A model generated the notes under the pieces. That model ran no database searches. It saw only the letters and a program-made list of their open reading frames with translations, and was not told the DNA's origin. The translations under genes and the position numbers were made by a program. A stretch of DNA of 64,000 bases from the NCBI GenBank assembly GCA_048497935.1, contig JBEHYY010000005.1, positions 46,118 through 110,117 on the forward strand, given 5' to 3'. This DNA comes from Verrucomicrobiota bacterium. Lineage in GTDB: Bacteria; Verrucomicrobiota; Verrucomicrobiia; Opitutales; JABDGR01. Positions 20,719 to 31,321 of the stretch are shown here, in pieces (positions within the stretch are counted from its first letter, which is position 1; every line of letters begins with the position of its first letter).

Positions 20719-20901
20719 ATGCTTATCTACGCTTTTCTCTTCTTCGTCATCGCGCTGATCGCCGCCGCCCTGGGCTTCCCCACGGTGGCCGGCATAGCTT
20801 ATGGAGCCGCCCGTGTGTTCTTTTTCATCTTCATCGTGCTCTTTGTCGCGGTACTCCTCTTCGCCCTGTTTGCCGCGCCGACTCCCCTCGGGCGATGGTG
20901 A
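20719..20901 (+). CDS. DUF1328 / UPF0391 family small membrane protein
   Basis: 60 aa. MLIYAFLFFVIALIAAALGFPTVAGIAYGAARVFFFIFIVLFV matches the family pattern (LIFLVIALIAALLGFGG.AG.A..IAK.LFFIFLVLF). Confidence 0.8.
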   Translation: MLIYAFLFFVIALIAAALGFPTVAGIAYGAARVFFFIFIVLFVAVLLFALFAAPTPLGRW

Positions 20902-21000
20902 TAGGGTTGCCAAGGGTGAGCTCTTCCCCGCTTTTAGTCAGGCTATGCAGAGATGAGAGGTGGTCCGACCCCACCGTTCCCCTTTGACCCTTATAACGCA

Positions 21001-21033
21001 AAAGGCCCGCGGCATTCCTTGCCGCGGGCCTTT
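21001..21033. terminator. Bidirectional rho-independent terminator between convergent genes
   Basis: Perfect 13-bp stem aaaggcccgcggc / gccgcgggccttt with a 7-nt loop. Flanked by an A-run on the left and a T-rich tail (gcatttt) on the right. Confidence 0.6.
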
Positions 21034-21051
21034 GCATTTTCCAGCGAGTAG

Positions 21052-21255
21052 TTAGACCTTGGGCCGCATGGAAAAGCCCGCCAGGCCCGCGCCCGCCAGG
21101 ATAATGCCGCCGATGATCAGGCCGATGGCCTTTTGCGAGGGAGCCCCCGTCACCCCTTGGGTGACACTGGAGCCAATCGAGTGGTAAGCATCAATGCCCC
21201 AGACGAGGAGCACAATGCCGGCGATAAGCAAACCGATGGATAGTCCGCGATTCAT
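21052..21255 (-). CDS. DUF3185 family small membrane protein
   Basis: ATG at 21255..21253. MNRGLSIGLLIAGIVLLVWGIDAYHSIGSSV...SQKAIGLIIGGIILAGAGLAGF gives the two-TM pattern typical of this family. Confidence 0.7.
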   Translation of the reverse strand: MNRGLSIGLLIAGIVLLVWGIDAYHSIGSSVTQGVTGAPSQKAIGLIIGGIILAGAGLAGFSMRPKV

Positions 21256-21466
21256 GATGATTCCTTGGTTGATGTTTTTTGCGCGAATTCCCCCGCCGGA
21301 AGGCGGGTGGTTCGGCACAAAAGTTGTTACTAGAACCATACTTACCGCTGGGCAAAATGCCACGGCCAGGCGCTGTATTTACAGGTATTTTATGCCCGCA
21401 CCCGCCGAAGGCAGCGGTTCTTCCTTGGTGGAAAATCCCGACATTTTCGCCTCCCCTTAAAACCGT

Positions 21467-21484
21467 TTGGTGTTTAAACACCAA
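21467..21484. promoter_or_regulatory. Perfect 18-bp palindrome TTGGTGTTTAAACACCAA (candidate dimeric transcription-factor site)
   Basis: Exact reverse-complement symmetry. Lies in the divergent region between the DUF3185 gene (-) and the poly-HAMP kinase (+). A sigma70-like TTGACG-N16/17-TACTCT follows at 21494..21521. Related sites are at 30300 and 36407. Confidence 0.5.
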
Positions 21485-21606
21485 TCGCGCCCTTTGACGG
21501 TTTTCAATACTGCCATACTCTAGGGAGCTGCCTCCACGTCACCTACTGCGGTAGTCTCAATTTTTCGGCGGGAAAACTCCACGCTGAAGGCAAAACCTCC
21601 TTCCTG

Positions 21607-24600
21607 ATGAAAAACGGACGCTCAACCGCGGTGCTTCCCCGCCCGCCTCAACAGGAAGCAAACGATTTTCTCAAGCAATTGGTGACCACCATGGCCGCCG
21701 TGGAAGAAGGCGACTTCTCCGTCCGCGTGCCGACAGAGTATGACGGCATCGAAGGCCGGGTGGCCGAGCGAATGAACGCCATCATCCGCCGCCTCGAGCG
21801 CTTCAATGTCAGTGTTTCCACTCTGCGGCGGCAGGTGGGCCAGGAAGGCAAGATCCATGTCCGCCTGCCCTTGGGTGATGCCGTGGGCAACTGGGCCGAA
21901 CGCATCGAGGCCATCAATTCCCTGGTCGATGAGCTTTCGCAGCCCACCATCGCCATGGGCCGTGTCATCGGCGCCGTGTCCAAGGGCGACTTGGCGCAGT
22001 CCATGCCGCTCGAGGTGAATGGCCTGCCCCTCAAGGGCGAATACCTGCGCACCGCGAAATTGGTCAACGGCATGGTCGGCCAGCTCGAGGCTTTCTCCGT
22101 GGAAGTGATTCGTGTGGCCCGCGAAGTCGGCACCGAAGGCAAGCTCGGCGGCCAGGCCAAGGTGAAGAGCGTGTCGGGCGTCTGGGCGGAATTGACGGAG
22201 TCCGTCAACCAAATGGCGGGTAATCTGACCGCGCAGGTGCGCAACATCGCCGATGTGACCATCGCCGTCGCCAATGGCGACTTGTCCAAAAAGATCACCG
22301 TGGACGTGCGCGGCGAAATCTTGCAGTTGAAAGAGGCCATTAATGTGATGGTGGACCAGCTCCGCTCCTTTGCCGCGGAGGTGACGCGCGTGGCGCGTGA
22401 CGTGGGCACGGAAGGCAAGCTTGGCGGCCAGGCCGTGGTGCCCGGCGTGTCCGGCACGTGGAAGGACTTGACGGACAACGTCAACTCCATGGCCAACAAT
22501 TTGACCACCCAGGTGCGCAATATCGCCGACGTGACAACCGCCGTTGCCAGGGGCGACCTCTCCCGCAAGATCACCGTGGACGTGAAGGGTGAAATTCTGG
22601 AATTGAAGGACACCATTAACACGATGGTGGACCAGCTCAATGGTTTTGCCTCGGAAGTCAGCCGTGTGGCCCGCGAAGTGGGCACCGAAGGCAAGCTCGG
22701 CGGCCAGGCCACCGTCCCCGGCGTCGCTGGCACGTGGAAGGACTTGACGGACAATGTGAATCTGATGGCCGCCAATCTGACCGGTCAGGTGCGCAACATC
22801 GCCAACGTGACCACGGCGGTGGCCAAGGGCGACTTGTCCCGCAAGATCACCGTGGACGTGAAGGGCGAAATTTTGGAGCTCAAGAACACCATCAACACCA
22901 TGGTGGACCAGCTCAATGGCTTTGCCTCGGAAGTGACGCGCGTCGCCCGCGAAGTGGGCACCGAAGGCAAGCTCGGCGGCCAGGCCACCGTCCCCGGCGT
23001 CGCCGGCACCTGGAAGGACTTGACGGACAACGTCAACTCCATGGCCAACAACCTGACCACCCAGGTGCGCAACATCGCCGACGTGACGACCGCCGTCGCC
23101 AAGGGCAACCTGTCCCGCAAGATCACCGTGGACGTGAAGGGTGAAATTCTGGAGTTGAAGAACACCATCAACACCATGGTGGACCAGCTCAATGCATTCG
23201 CCTCGGAGGTGACGCGCGTCGCCCGCGAAGTCGGCACCGAAGGCAAGCTCGGCGGCCAGGCCACCGTGCCCGGCGTCGCTGGCACGTGGGAGGACTTGAC
23301 GGACAACGTCAACTCCATGGCCAACAATTTGACCGGCCAGGTGCGCAACATCGCCGACGTGACGACTGCGGTCGCGAACGGCAACTTGTCCCGTAAAATC
23401 ACCGTGGACGCCAAAGGCGAAATTTTGGAGCTCAAAAACACCATTAACACCATGGTGGACCAGCTCAATGGCTTTGCCTCGGAAGTGACGCGCGTCGCCC
23501 GCGAAGTCGGCACTGAAGGCAAACTCGGCGGCCAGGCGGCGGTGCCGGGCGTGGCCGGCACCTGGAAGGACTTGACGGACAACGTCAATTCCATGGCCAA
23601 CAATCTGACCACCCAGGTGCGCAATATCGCGGAAGTGACCATCGCGGTGGCCAATGGCGACTTGTCCCGCAAGATCACCGTGGACGTGCGCGGCGAGATT
23701 TTGCAGTTGAAGGAAACCATCAACACCATGGTGGAGCAGTTGCGCGCCTTCGCCTCGGAAGTGACGCGCGTGGCCCGCGAAGTCGGCACCGAAGGCCGCC
23801 TGGGCGTGCAGGCCGTGGTGCCGGGCGTGGCCGGCACCTGGAAGGACTTGACCGACTCCGTCAACGCCATGGGCGCCAACCTGACGGGCCAGGTGCGCAA
23901 TATCGCCGAAGTGACGACCGCAGTGGCGAAAGGCGACCTTTCCCGCAAGATCACGGTGGACGTGAAGGGTGAAATTTTGGAGCTCAAGAACACCATTAAC
24001 ACGATGGTGGACCAACTGAATGGCTTTGCCTCGGAGGTGACGCGCGTGGCCCGCGAAGTCGGCACCGAAGGCAAGCTCGGCGGCCAAGCCACCGTGCCCG
24101 GCGTGGCCGGCACCTGGAAGGACTTGACCGACTCTGTCAACGTCATGGCCGCCAATCTGACGGATCAAGTGTCCGGCATCGTGAAGGTCGTGACGGCGGT
24201 GGCGAATGGCAACTTGCGCCAAAAACTCACTGTGGAGGCAAAGGGTGAAGTTGCCAGCCTGGCGGAGACGATCAACAACATGATTGATACGCTGGCCACC
24301 TTTGCCGAGCAGGTTACCAACGTGGCCCGCGAAGTCGGCGTCGAAGGCCGGTTGGGTGGCCAGGCCGTGGTGCCCGGCGTGGCCGGCACGTGGAAGGACT
24401 TGACGGACAACGTCAACTCCATGGCCAACAACCTGACCACCCAGGTGCGCGCCATCGCCGAGGTCGCCACCGCCGTGACCAAGGGCGACTTGACGCGCTC
24501 CATCCAAGTGGACACCCGCGGTGAGGTGGCCGAGTTGAAGGACAACCTCAACACGATGATTTATAACCTCCGCGTCACCACGGAAAGTAACCGCGAGCAG

Positions 24601-27297
24601 GACTGGCTGAAGACCAATCTGGCCAAATTCACCAGTATGTTGCAGGGCGAACGCGACCTCTACGCCGTGGGCAAAATGCTGCTCTCCGAGCTTTCCCCGC
24701 TGGTGAACGCCCACCAGGGCACCATTTACCAGATGGACGGATCCGACCCGGAGGAGGCCGTGCTGCGCCTGCTGGCCAGCTATGCCCAACAGTCGGGCAC
24801 GCCCGCGACCATCGGGCGCGGCGAAGGCCTGGTCGGCCAATGCGCCATCGAAAAACGCCGCGTGCTGCTCAGCGATGTGCAGAACGACTACACCCACATC
24901 AGCTCCAGCCTGGGCCGCGGCCTGCCGACGAGCATCGTGGTGCTGCCGGTGCTCTTTGAAGGCGAGGCCAAGGCGGTGATCGAGCTGGCTTCGCTCCATC
25001 CGTTCAGCATCAGCCACCTTGCCTTCCTTGAACAGTTGACGCAGTCCATCGGCGTCGTGCTCAACACGATTGAGGCCACCATGCGCACGGAGCGCCTGCT
25101 CCAGCAATCCCAACAGTTGACGGCTGAATTGCAGTCCCAGCAAAAGGAGCTGCAGCAGACCAATGAGGCCTTGGCGCAAAAAGCCCAGCAGCTAGCCGAG
25201 CAGAACGCCGAGGTCGAACGCAAGAACCGCGAAGTCGAGCAGGCCCGCCGCGCACTCGAGGAACAGGCGGCCGAGCTGGCGCTGACCTCGAAATACAAGT
25301 CGGAGTTCCTTGCCAATATGTCGCACGAGTTGCGCACCCCGCTGAACTCCATCCTGATTCTCGGCCAGCAATTGGCCGAGAACAACAGCGGCCACCTCTC
25401 CAAGAAGGAGATTGAATTCGCCCGCAACATCCACTCCGCCGGCTCCGACCTGCTGAACCTCATCACGGACATTTTGGACCTTTCGAAGATCGAGTCCGGC
25501 ACGGTCACGCTCGACATCGAGCAGATCACCTTCGTCTCGCTGCGCGATTCCATCGAGCGCAACTTCCGCCACATCGCCGACACGAAAAACCTTCCCTTCG
25601 AAATCAGGTTCAGCCCCGAGCTCCCGCCGGCTTTTACCACGGACACCAAGCGCCTCCAGCAGATTCTGAAGAACCTGCTCTCGAACGCCTTCAAATTCAC
25701 CGCGCAAGGCCATGTGCAGGTCGAGGTGGGCATCGCCCACGCGGGGTGGACCTCCGGCCATTCGCTGCTGGCGCGCGCTCCCTGCGTGATCTCGTTCTCC
25801 ATTAGCGACACCGGCATTGGCATCGCGCCGGAAAAGCAGAAGCTGATCTTCGAGGCCTTCCAGCAGGCGGACGCCGGCACCAGCCGCAAATACGGCGGCA
25901 CCGGCCTGGGCCTTTCCATCTCGCGTGAACTGGCCACCTTGCTCGGCGGGGAAATCCGCCTGCAAAGCACCGAAAACCAAGGCAGCACCTTCACGCTTTA
26001 CCTGCCCCTGAACTTCAGCGCCCCGACGACCGAGAAGATCGGCAACCGCACGACCAAGCCCATTGCGCTCCCCGCCCCGCGTGAAGAGATGATTCCGGAC
26101 GACCGCGACCAAATCCAGCCCGGCGACCGTACCCTGCTCATCGTGGAGGACGATCCCCACTATGCCCGCGTGTTGCTGGGCCTGGCCCGCAGCAAAGGCT
26201 TCAAGGCCATCCTGGCCATGCGCGGCGCCGAGGCGCTGGCCCGGGCACGCGAATTCCAGCCCTCCGCCATCACGCTCGACGTTTTCCTGCCCGATATGCT
26301 GGGCTGGACGGTGCTGAACAACCTCAAGCACAACCCCGCGACCCGCCACATTCCGGTGCAGATCATCTCCGTGGAGGAGGAACGCTCCCATGCTCTTTCC
26401 CACGGCGCCTTCGCCTACGCCATCAAGCCGGCCACTTCCGCCGAGCTCGATGGGTGCCTCGACCGGATCTGCAAATTTGTCGAGCCGCACGCCAAGCGCC
26501 TGCTCATCGTGGAGGACAACGACACCGAGCGGCAGAGCATCGTCGAATTCCTGCGGCATGATGACATCGAAATCTCCACCGCCGCCACCGGCCATGAGGC
26601 GGTCAACCTGCTGCTCGACCGCGCGTTCGACTGCTGTGTGCTCGACTTGCGGCTGCCCGACATGACCGGTTTTGAATTGCTGAAAAAATTGCAGCAAGAG
26701 CCCGGCCTGCGGGACATTCCGGTCGTGGTCTTCACGGGCAAGGAGCTCAACCCGGAAGAGGAACTGCAACTGCGGGTACTCGCCAAGACGGTGCTCGTCA
26801 AAGGCGTGCAATCGCCGGAGCGGCTCTTCGATGAGACGGCGCTCTTCCTGCACCGGGTCTTCCACCAGCTGCCCGAGGCCAAGCAAACCATGTTGAACCG
26901 CCTCCATGGCTCCAACGATGTGCTGCGCCACCGCAAGGTGCTGATTGTGGACGACGACGCCCGCAATATTTTCGCCCTCACGACCATTCTGGAAAACCAT
27001 GAGATGGAGGTCATCAGCGCCACCAACGGTCGCCAGGCCATCACACTCATCGAAGAGGTGCCGGACATCGATGTTGTCCTGATGGACATCATGATGCCTG
27101 AAATGGACGGCTACCAGACGATGCAGGAGATTCGCAAGAATCCGAAGTTCAGCGCCCTGCCCATCCTGGCGCTCACCGCCAAGGCGATGAAAGGCGACCG
27201 CGACAAATGCCTCGCGGCCGGCGCCTTTGACTACGTTGCCAAGCCGGTGGACGCCAGCGAGCTCCTCTCCCTGCTGCGCGTCTGGCTTTACCGCTAA
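21607..27297 (+). CDS. Cytoplasmic poly-HAMP hybrid sensor histidine kinase (HAMP array, GAF, HisKA, HATPase_c, three receiver domains)
   Basis: 1,896 aa.
- No hydrophobic TM segment.
- Nine regular 92-aa di-HAMP units, plus degenerate N-terminal ones.
- GAF block ([17 protein letters not shown]).
- H-box [16 protein letters not shown].
- G-boxes DTGIGI / [14 protein letters not shown].
- Receivers LLIVEDDPH..., LLIVEDNDT...DLRLPDMTG and [10 protein letters not shown]...[10 protein letters not shown]. Confidence 0.93.
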   Translation: MKNGRSTAVLPRPPQQEANDFLKQLVTTMAAVEEGDFSVRVPTEYDGIEGRVAERMNAIIRRLERFNVSVSTLRRQVGQEGKIHVRLPLGDAVGNWAERIEAINSLVDELSQPTIAMGRVIGAVSKGDLAQSMPLEVNGLPLKGEYLRTAKLVNGMVGQLEAFSVEVIRVAREVGTEGKLGGQAKVKSVSGVWAELTESVNQMAGNLTAQVRNIADVTIAVANGDLSKKITVDVRGEILQLKEAINVMVDQLRSFAAEVTRVARDVGTEGKLGGQAVVPGVSGTWKDLTDNVNSMANNLTTQVRNIADVTTAVARGDLSRKITVDVKGEILELKDTINTMVDQLNGFASEVSRVAREVGTEGKLGGQATVPGVAGTWKDLTDNVNLMAANLTGQVRNIANVTTAVAKGDLSRKITVDVKGEILELKNTINTMVDQLNGFASEVTRVAREVGTEGKLGGQATVPGVAGTWKDLTDNVNSMANNLTTQVRNIADVTTAVAKGNLSRKITVDVKGEILELKNTINTMVDQLNAFASEVTRVAREVGTEGKLGGQATVPGVAGTWEDLTDNVNSMANNLTGQVRNIADVTTAVANGNLSRKITVDAKGEILELKNTINTMVDQLNGFASEVTRVAREVGTEGKLGGQAAVPGVAGTWKDLTDNVNSMANNLTTQVRNIAEVTIAVANGDLSRKITVDVRGEILQLKETINTMVEQLRAFASEVTRVAREVGTEGRLGVQAVVPGVAGTWKDLTDSVNAMGANLTGQVRNIAEVTTAVAKGDLSRKITVDVKGEILELKNTINTMVDQLNGFASEVTRVAREVGTEGKLGGQATVPGVAGTWKDLTDSVNVMAANLTDQVSGIVKVVTAVANGNLRQKLTVEAKGEVASLAETINNMIDTLATFAEQVTNVAREVGVEGRLGGQAVVPGVAGTWKDLTDNVNSMANNLTTQVRAIAEVATAVTKGDLTRSIQVDTRGEVAELKDNLNTMIYNLRVTTESNREQDWLKTNLAKFTSMLQGERDLYAVGKMLLSELSPLVNAHQGTIYQMDGSDPEEAVLRLLASYAQQSGTPATIGRGEGLVGQCAIEKRRVLLSDVQNDYTHISSSLGRGLPTSIVVLPVLFEGEAKAVIELASLHPFSISHLAFLEQLTQSIGVVLNTIEATMRTERLLQQSQQLTAELQSQQKELQQTNEALAQKAQQLAEQNAEVERKNREVEQARRALEEQAAELALTSKYKSEFLANMSHELRTPLNSILILGQQLAENNSGHLSKKEIEFARNIHSAGSDLLNLITDILDLSKIESGTVTLDIEQITFVSLRDSIERNFRHIADTKNLPFEIRFSPELPPAFTTDTKRLQQILKNLLSNAFKFTAQGHVQVEVGIAHAGWTSGHSLLARAPCVISFSISDTGIGIAPEKQKLIFEAFQQADAGTSRKYGGTGLGLSISRELATLLGGEIRLQSTENQGSTFTLYLPLNFSAPTTEKIGNRTTKPIALPAPREEMIPDDRDQIQPGDRTLLIVEDDPHYARVLLGLARSKGFKAILAMRGAEALARAREFQPSAITLDVFLPDMLGWTVLNNLKHNPATRHIPVQIISVEEERSHALSHGAFAYAIKPATSAELDGCLDRICKFVEPHAKRLLIVEDNDTERQSIVEFLRHDDIEISTAATGHEAVNLLLDRAFDCCVLDLRLPDMTGFELLKKLQQEPGLRDIPVVVFTGKELNPEEELQLRVLAKTVLVKGVQSPERLFDETALFLHRVFHQLPEAKQTMLNRLHGSNDVLRHRKVLIVDDDARNIFALTTILENHEMEVISATNGRQAITLIEEVPDIDVVLMDIMMPEMDGYQTMQEIRKNPKFSALPILALTAKAMKGDRDKCLAAGAFDYVAKPVDASELLSLLRVWLYR
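22111..24594 (+). repeat. In-frame tandem array, 9 units with an exact 276-bp period (di-HAMP coding repeats)
   Basis: Unit consensus: [92 protein letters not shown]. Neighbouring units share exact nucleotide runs of at least 57 nt; for example, 22669.. equals 22945.., an offset of 276. Confidence 0.9.
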
Positions 27298-27320
27298 ATA
27301 GCCGCCCACCCTGCCCTCCC

Positions 27321-29066
27321 ATGGCCGATAACGCCAATATTCTGCTGGTGGACGATGAGTCCCGGAACCTCGACGTCCTCGAGGCGCTGTTGCAATCGCC
27401 CGAGTATCATCTGGTGCGCGCCCAGACGGCCGACCAGGCCCTGCTGCTGCTGCTGGAGCAGGAATTCGCCGTCATCGTGCTCGACATCAATATGCCCAGA
27501 ATCAGCGGCATTGAGCTCGCCAACCTCGTCAAACAACGCAAGCGCACCCAGCACATCCCCATCATCTTTTTGACGGCCTATTACCAGGAGGACAAAGACA
27601 TCCTCAAGGGCTACGTCAGCGGCGCGGTCGATTACCTGACCAAGCCCATCAACCCCGACATTCTCCGCTCAAAGATCGGTGTGTTTGTGGATTTGTTCCA
27701 CAAAAGCCGCGCCCTGGCCGCCAGCAACGCGGCACTGGAGTCCGAGATTGCCTTCCGCCAGGAGGCTGAGATGGCGCTGCGTGAGGCCAACAACGAGCTT
27801 GAGGCCCGGGTGGCGGCGCGCACGACCGAGCTAAACCGCCTCAACGACGAATTGCGCGCGCGCGAGGCCGCCTTGGCGGCCAGTGAAGCCCAGGCGCAGG
27901 CGGCATCCCGCGCCAAGGATGATTTCCTGGCCGCGCTCTCGCACGAGCTGCGCACCCCCCTGAACCCCGTGCTCCTGCTGGCCACCGAAGCGGCAAGCAA
28001 TGCCAAGCTGGCCCCCGAGGTGCGCGCGGATTTTGACATCATCGCCAAAAATGTGGCCCTGGAGGCGCGCCTGATTGACGACCTGTTGGACCTGACCCGC
28101 ATCACTCACGGCAAACTCACCCTCGATTTGCAGCCATGCGACATCCATACCTGCCTGCGCGATGCGCTGGAGATGACGACCGCGGATGCCCAGGCGAAAA
28201 AACTCGCGGTCGATGTGGCGTTGAATGCCCGCCGCAGCATGGTGCGCGGCGATGATGTCAGGCTAAAGCAGATTTTCTGGAACGTGGTGAAAAACGCCGT
28301 GAAATTCACCCCGAGCGGCGGCCATATAACCGTCACCACCTCGATCAACGACGCCGAGGAAATTGTCATTCAGGTGACCGACACCGGCATCGGCATGACG
28401 CCCACGGAGGTCAAACGCGTCTTCGCCGCCTTTTCCCAAGGCGACCATGCGCTGCAGCGTACACCCCACCGCTTTGGCGGCCTGGGCCTGGGCCTCGCCA
28501 TTTCCCAGATGATGGCCAAGCTGCAACTGGGCACCATCTCCGCCTTCAGCTCTGGCCGCGACCAAGGCACCACCCTCGTGATCAAGTTCCCCCTGCTCGC
28601 GGCTGAATCGCAAACTTCGGCCAAGCTGCCCAGTGGAAAGCCTACTCCATCGCCCTTTGCCGAGGGTTCCCCCGGCGGCCAGCTCCGCGTCCTGCTGGTG
28701 GAAGACCATCCTTCGACAGCGCAAACGTTGGCCCTTTTGCTCCAACGGCGCAAATTCGCCGTGACAGTGGCCAATTGCCTGGGCGAAGCACGGCTGTTTG
28801 CGCTGAAGGAGCGGTTCAGCCTCCTGATCTCCGATATCGGGCTGCCCGATGGCAATGGCTATGAGCTCATGGCGGAGTTGCGGGACAGCCAGGGTATCCT
28901 GGGTATCGCCTTGACCGGCTATGGCTCCGAGAGCGACATTCAGCGCAGCTTGGATGCGGGATTCTTCACCCAATTGACCAAGCCTGTCAGCGTCCAGTCC
29001 CTGGATGGCGCGCTTGCCGAGGCCGTTCGCCGCTTGAAGGCCAATTCCAGCCAGCTCAAAACCTAA
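27321..29066 (+). CDS. Hybrid histidine kinase with receivers at both ends (REC, coiled coil, HisKA, HATPase_c, REC)
   Basis: 581 aa. N-terminal REC (ILLVDDESRN...VLDINMPRISG), H-box [27 protein letters not shown], and C-terminal REC (VLLVEDHPST...ISDIGLPDGNG). Starts 24 nt after the upstream kinase, so likely in the same operon. Confidence 0.9.
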   Translation: MADNANILLVDDESRNLDVLEALLQSPEYHLVRAQTADQALLLLLEQEFAVIVLDINMPRISGIELANLVKQRKRTQHIPIIFLTAYYQEDKDILKGYVSGAVDYLTKPINPDILRSKIGVFVDLFHKSRALAASNAALESEIAFRQEAEMALREANNELEARVAARTTELNRLNDELRAREAALAASEAQAQAASRAKDDFLAALSHELRTPLNPVLLLATEAASNAKLAPEVRADFDIIAKNVALEARLIDDLLDLTRITHGKLTLDLQPCDIHTCLRDALEMTTADAQAKKLAVDVALNARRSMVRGDDVRLKQIFWNVVKNAVKFTPSGGHITVTTSINDAEEIVIQVTDTGIGMTPTEVKRVFAAFSQGDHALQRTPHRFGGLGLGLAISQMMAKLQLGTISAFSSGRDQGTTLVIKFPLLAAESQTSAKLPSGKPTPSPFAEGSPGGQLRVLLVEDHPSTAQTLALLLQRRKFAVTVANCLGEARLFALKERFSLLISDIGLPDGNGYELMAELRDSQGILGIALTGYGSESDIQRSLDAGFFTQLTKPVSVQSLDGALAEAVRRLKANSSQLKT

Positions 29067-30118
29067 TTGGTGGTGGCCAGCTGCTCGGCGGCGGTGCCCG
29101 CTGGCAGCGTGAAATAGAACAGGGAGGTATCGGTGCCGCGGCGCTCATAGCCACAGGTACCCTGGTGCAGGGTCACCAGGCGTTGCACCAGGCTCAGGCC
29201 TAATCCGCCGCCGGGTTGCTTGTGCAGGTGTTCAAAAGGGGAAAACAGCGCGGCTTTTCTTTCCGTGGGCACCGGCAGGCCGCAATTGGCGACCCAAAAC
29301 CGCATCTGCCCTTCGGTATAGTCCCAACCGAGCTGGATGGCGGCGGCCCGGCGGTTGTGCTTGAGCGCATTGGCAATCAAGTTGAACCAGACCACGTTCA
29401 ACCACGCGGCGACCCCCGTCACCTCCGGCCAGGTGGCCGGCTGCTGGATGGTGGCCTGCGCCTGCAGGATTTCCTCCTCCAATTCATGCAGCGCCGCCTC
29501 CACCACCGTGGACATCAGCAAGGACTCCACCGCGTGGGATTCGGTCGATGCCTTGATCACATCACTAAAACGCTCCACCAACCGGCTGATTTCCTGCGAA
29601 GCGCGGTTAATGCCCCGCAAGGGCATTTCGAGGGTGTCGCCCTCGCCCGTCATCAATTCGGTGATCAATTCCGCATTGAGGTGGATGCACTGGACCAGGT
29701 TCAGCAAATCGTGGCGAAAACGGCGATCGAGGGTCTTGAGGTCCCCGCGCAGGCGGAAGTTTTCCAGGAGCAATTCATGCTGCTGGACGGCCGCGCGGAA
29801 AATTTGCATGAGAATCTTGGCGTTGCATTCCGCCAGCGGCACATTGTCCCCGTAATCCGGCTGCCGGTCACCGAGGACCACCATGGCCCAACGCGGCTGG
29901 TCCGGCGACGCCAATTGCGCGGCCAGCGCCAGTTGCGCCTCATCCTGGTCGCTGATCACCAACAATTGCCGCTGGTTGTGGGTCTGTTGCGCCACCGCCA
30001 GTTCCACGCTCTTCACCGAGAAAAACTGGACGTCCCTAAACGCGCCGGACGAAGCCGCCTCCACCACCTCGGACAACGCCTCCGGCAAATCCACCAAAAA
30101 AATTGCTTCCGTTTGCAT
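29063..30118 (-). CDS. Soluble histidine-kinase-like protein with a degenerate receiver-like N-terminal domain
   Basis: 351 aa. Candidate H-box RFRHDLLNLVQCIH. HATPase_c blocks NLIANALKHN and GGGLGLSLVQRLVTLHQG. The N-terminal ~110 aa resemble a receiver (LLVISDQDE) but lack clear conserved partners. Its stop overlaps the convergent gene's stop by 4 nt. Confidence 0.8.
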   Translation of the reverse strand: MQTEAIFLVDLPEALSEVVEAASSGAFRDVQFFSVKSVELAVAQQTHNQRQLLVISDQDEAQLALAAQLASPDQPRWAMVVLGDRQPDYGDNVPLAECNAKILMQIFRAAVQQHELLLENFRLRGDLKTLDRRFRHDLLNLVQCIHLNAELITELMTGEGDTLEMPLRGINRASQEISRLVERFSDVIKASTESHAVESLLMSTVVEAALHELEEEILQAQATIQQPATWPEVTGVAAWLNVVWFNLIANALKHNRRAAAIQLGWDYTEGQMRFWVANCGLPVPTERKAALFSPFEHLHKQPGGGLGLSLVQRLVTLHQGTCGYERRGTDTSLFYFTLPAGTAAEQLATTN

Positions 30119-30299
30119 TGTAATATTTGTTGAATACTGTTGAGACGCCGGGTGGCCGAAAAATTGCTACCAGAAAATTGGCGGCATACTAAGGAACAAT
30201 CCTAAGGGAAGGATTGTTGCGACTGTGATAAATATAGCCAGACTCATTGTGTTTGCCAGAAGTTTGCTGGTGAAATTCCACCCAAGCGCGGTCCAATCT

Positions 30300-30317
30300 T
30301 TGATGCTTAAACACCAA
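30300..30317. promoter_or_regulatory. Variant of the 18-bp palindrome: TTGATGCTTAAACACCAA
   Basis: 16/18 identical to the site at 21467; the right arm is identical. Lies in the divergent region between the kinase-like gene (-) and the LuxR-type regulator (+). A TATAAT hexamer is at 30354..30359. Confidence 0.45.
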
Positions 30318-30404
30318 TTCTAAGGATTTCGCCCTAACGGGCTTGATTCTCGGTATAATTGGAGCGAATGTAGAGAGCTTCCGACATACGCCCACGCATA
30401 CAAC

Positions 30405-31088
30405 ATGATGAAAATTGTTGTCATTGATGACCATGCTCTCCTGCGCGAATTGCTGGTTACCGCCTGCAAGGGCGCAGTACCCGGATCTGTTGTGGATGGC
30501 GCGAACGACGCGACCTCGGGACTGAATTTGTGCCGGGAAAAGACACCCGATTTGATCATTCTCGATTTGGCCCTCCCCGACCGCGATGGGCTGGAGCTGT
30601 TGAATGATCTCCTGGCCGCCTGCCCTCGGGCGAAAATTATCGGCCTTTCCGGCCACACGGATGATTTCACGCTGCATCAAGTCTCCCAGTCCAAATTGCA
30701 CGGCTTTGTGGATAAGAAGGAGCAGACCATCGAGCAACTGGCCCAGGCCATCCAGGCGGTCATGGGCGGGGAGCGGTACTTCTCGCCTGCCGCGATGAAG
30801 GTGCTCTACTCCCAACGCAATGACCCCGTGGCCTTCAATAAAATCCTCTCGAAGCGCGAGCAGGAACTGCTGCATTACTTCGGCCGCGGGTTGGGCAACG
30901 TGGAGATTGCCGGCATGGTCAACCTCAGCGAATTCACCGTGCGCAACCACCGCTGCCGTATCATGGCCAAGCTGGGTGTGCGCACCACGGCGGAACTCAT
31001 CCGCTATGCCTTGGAAAAGGGCTTTGTGCGGGTGGATATGCTGGAGCGAGGGGATACCCCGCCCCCCACCCCGCCCCGGCGCGCTTGA
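30405..31088 (+). CDS. NarL/FixJ (LuxR-type HTH) family response regulator
   Basis: 227 aa. REC domain (IVVIDDH...IILDLALPDRDG...GLSG...FVDK) plus a C-terminal LuxR HTH (LSKREQELLHYFGRGLGNVEIAGMVNLSEFTVRNHRCRIMAKLGV). Confidence 0.92.
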   Translation: MMKIVVIDDHALLRELLVTACKGAVPGSVVDGANDATSGLNLCREKTPDLIILDLALPDRDGLELLNDLLAACPRAKIIGLSGHTDDFTLHQVSQSKLHGFVDKKEQTIEQLAQAIQAVMGGERYFSPAAMKVLYSQRNDPVAFNKILSKREQELLHYFGRGLGNVEIAGMVNLSEFTVRNHRCRIMAKLGVRTTAELIRYALEKGFVRVDMLERGDTPPPTPPRRA

Positions 31089-31100
31089 CCTTCTTACTGG

Positions 31101-31310
31101 TTAACGGCGGGCACGGACGGCCTTGGGACGCGCGGACGGCTGCAACTTCGATGAGAAGTCGCGCAGGCACGGCAGCATGATATACCGGCTGGTGCTGGAG
31201 CGGAGGGAGCTGACGACACCTGAAGCGCTTTCCGGCAGGGTTTCCATCCGGAAGCCATCTTCAGTGGAGCGGCGCGGGCGCGCCAGTTGGTAGGTGGTGG
31301 TGGTATGCAT
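31101..31310 (-). CDS. Hypothetical small protein (69 aa)
   Basis: ATG-initiated ORF with GC-rich third codon positions. Begins 11 nt after the stop of the upstream small ORF. No family recognised. Confidence 0.3.
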   Translation of the reverse strand: MHTTTTYQLARPRRSTEDGFRMETLPESASGVVSSLRSSTSRYIMLPCLRDFSSKLQPSARPKAVRARR

Positions 31311-31321
31311 GGTAAAGAGGA

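Noticed and set aside
22111-24594. Could the 276-bp tandem repeat be a CRISPR array or satellite?
   Set aside because: The units are contiguous with no unique spacers. They are in frame, and they encode conserved HAMP-like protein units inside a kinase gene.
21622-27309. 1,185-aa and 705-aa minus-strand ORFs
   Set aside because: They are antisense to the poly-HAMP kinase. Their repeat periodicity simply mirrors the sense repeats.
29063-29066. 4-nt overlap of the convergent stop codons of two kinase genes
   Set aside because: This is a real feature but commonplace in compact genomes. There is no evidence of functional significance.
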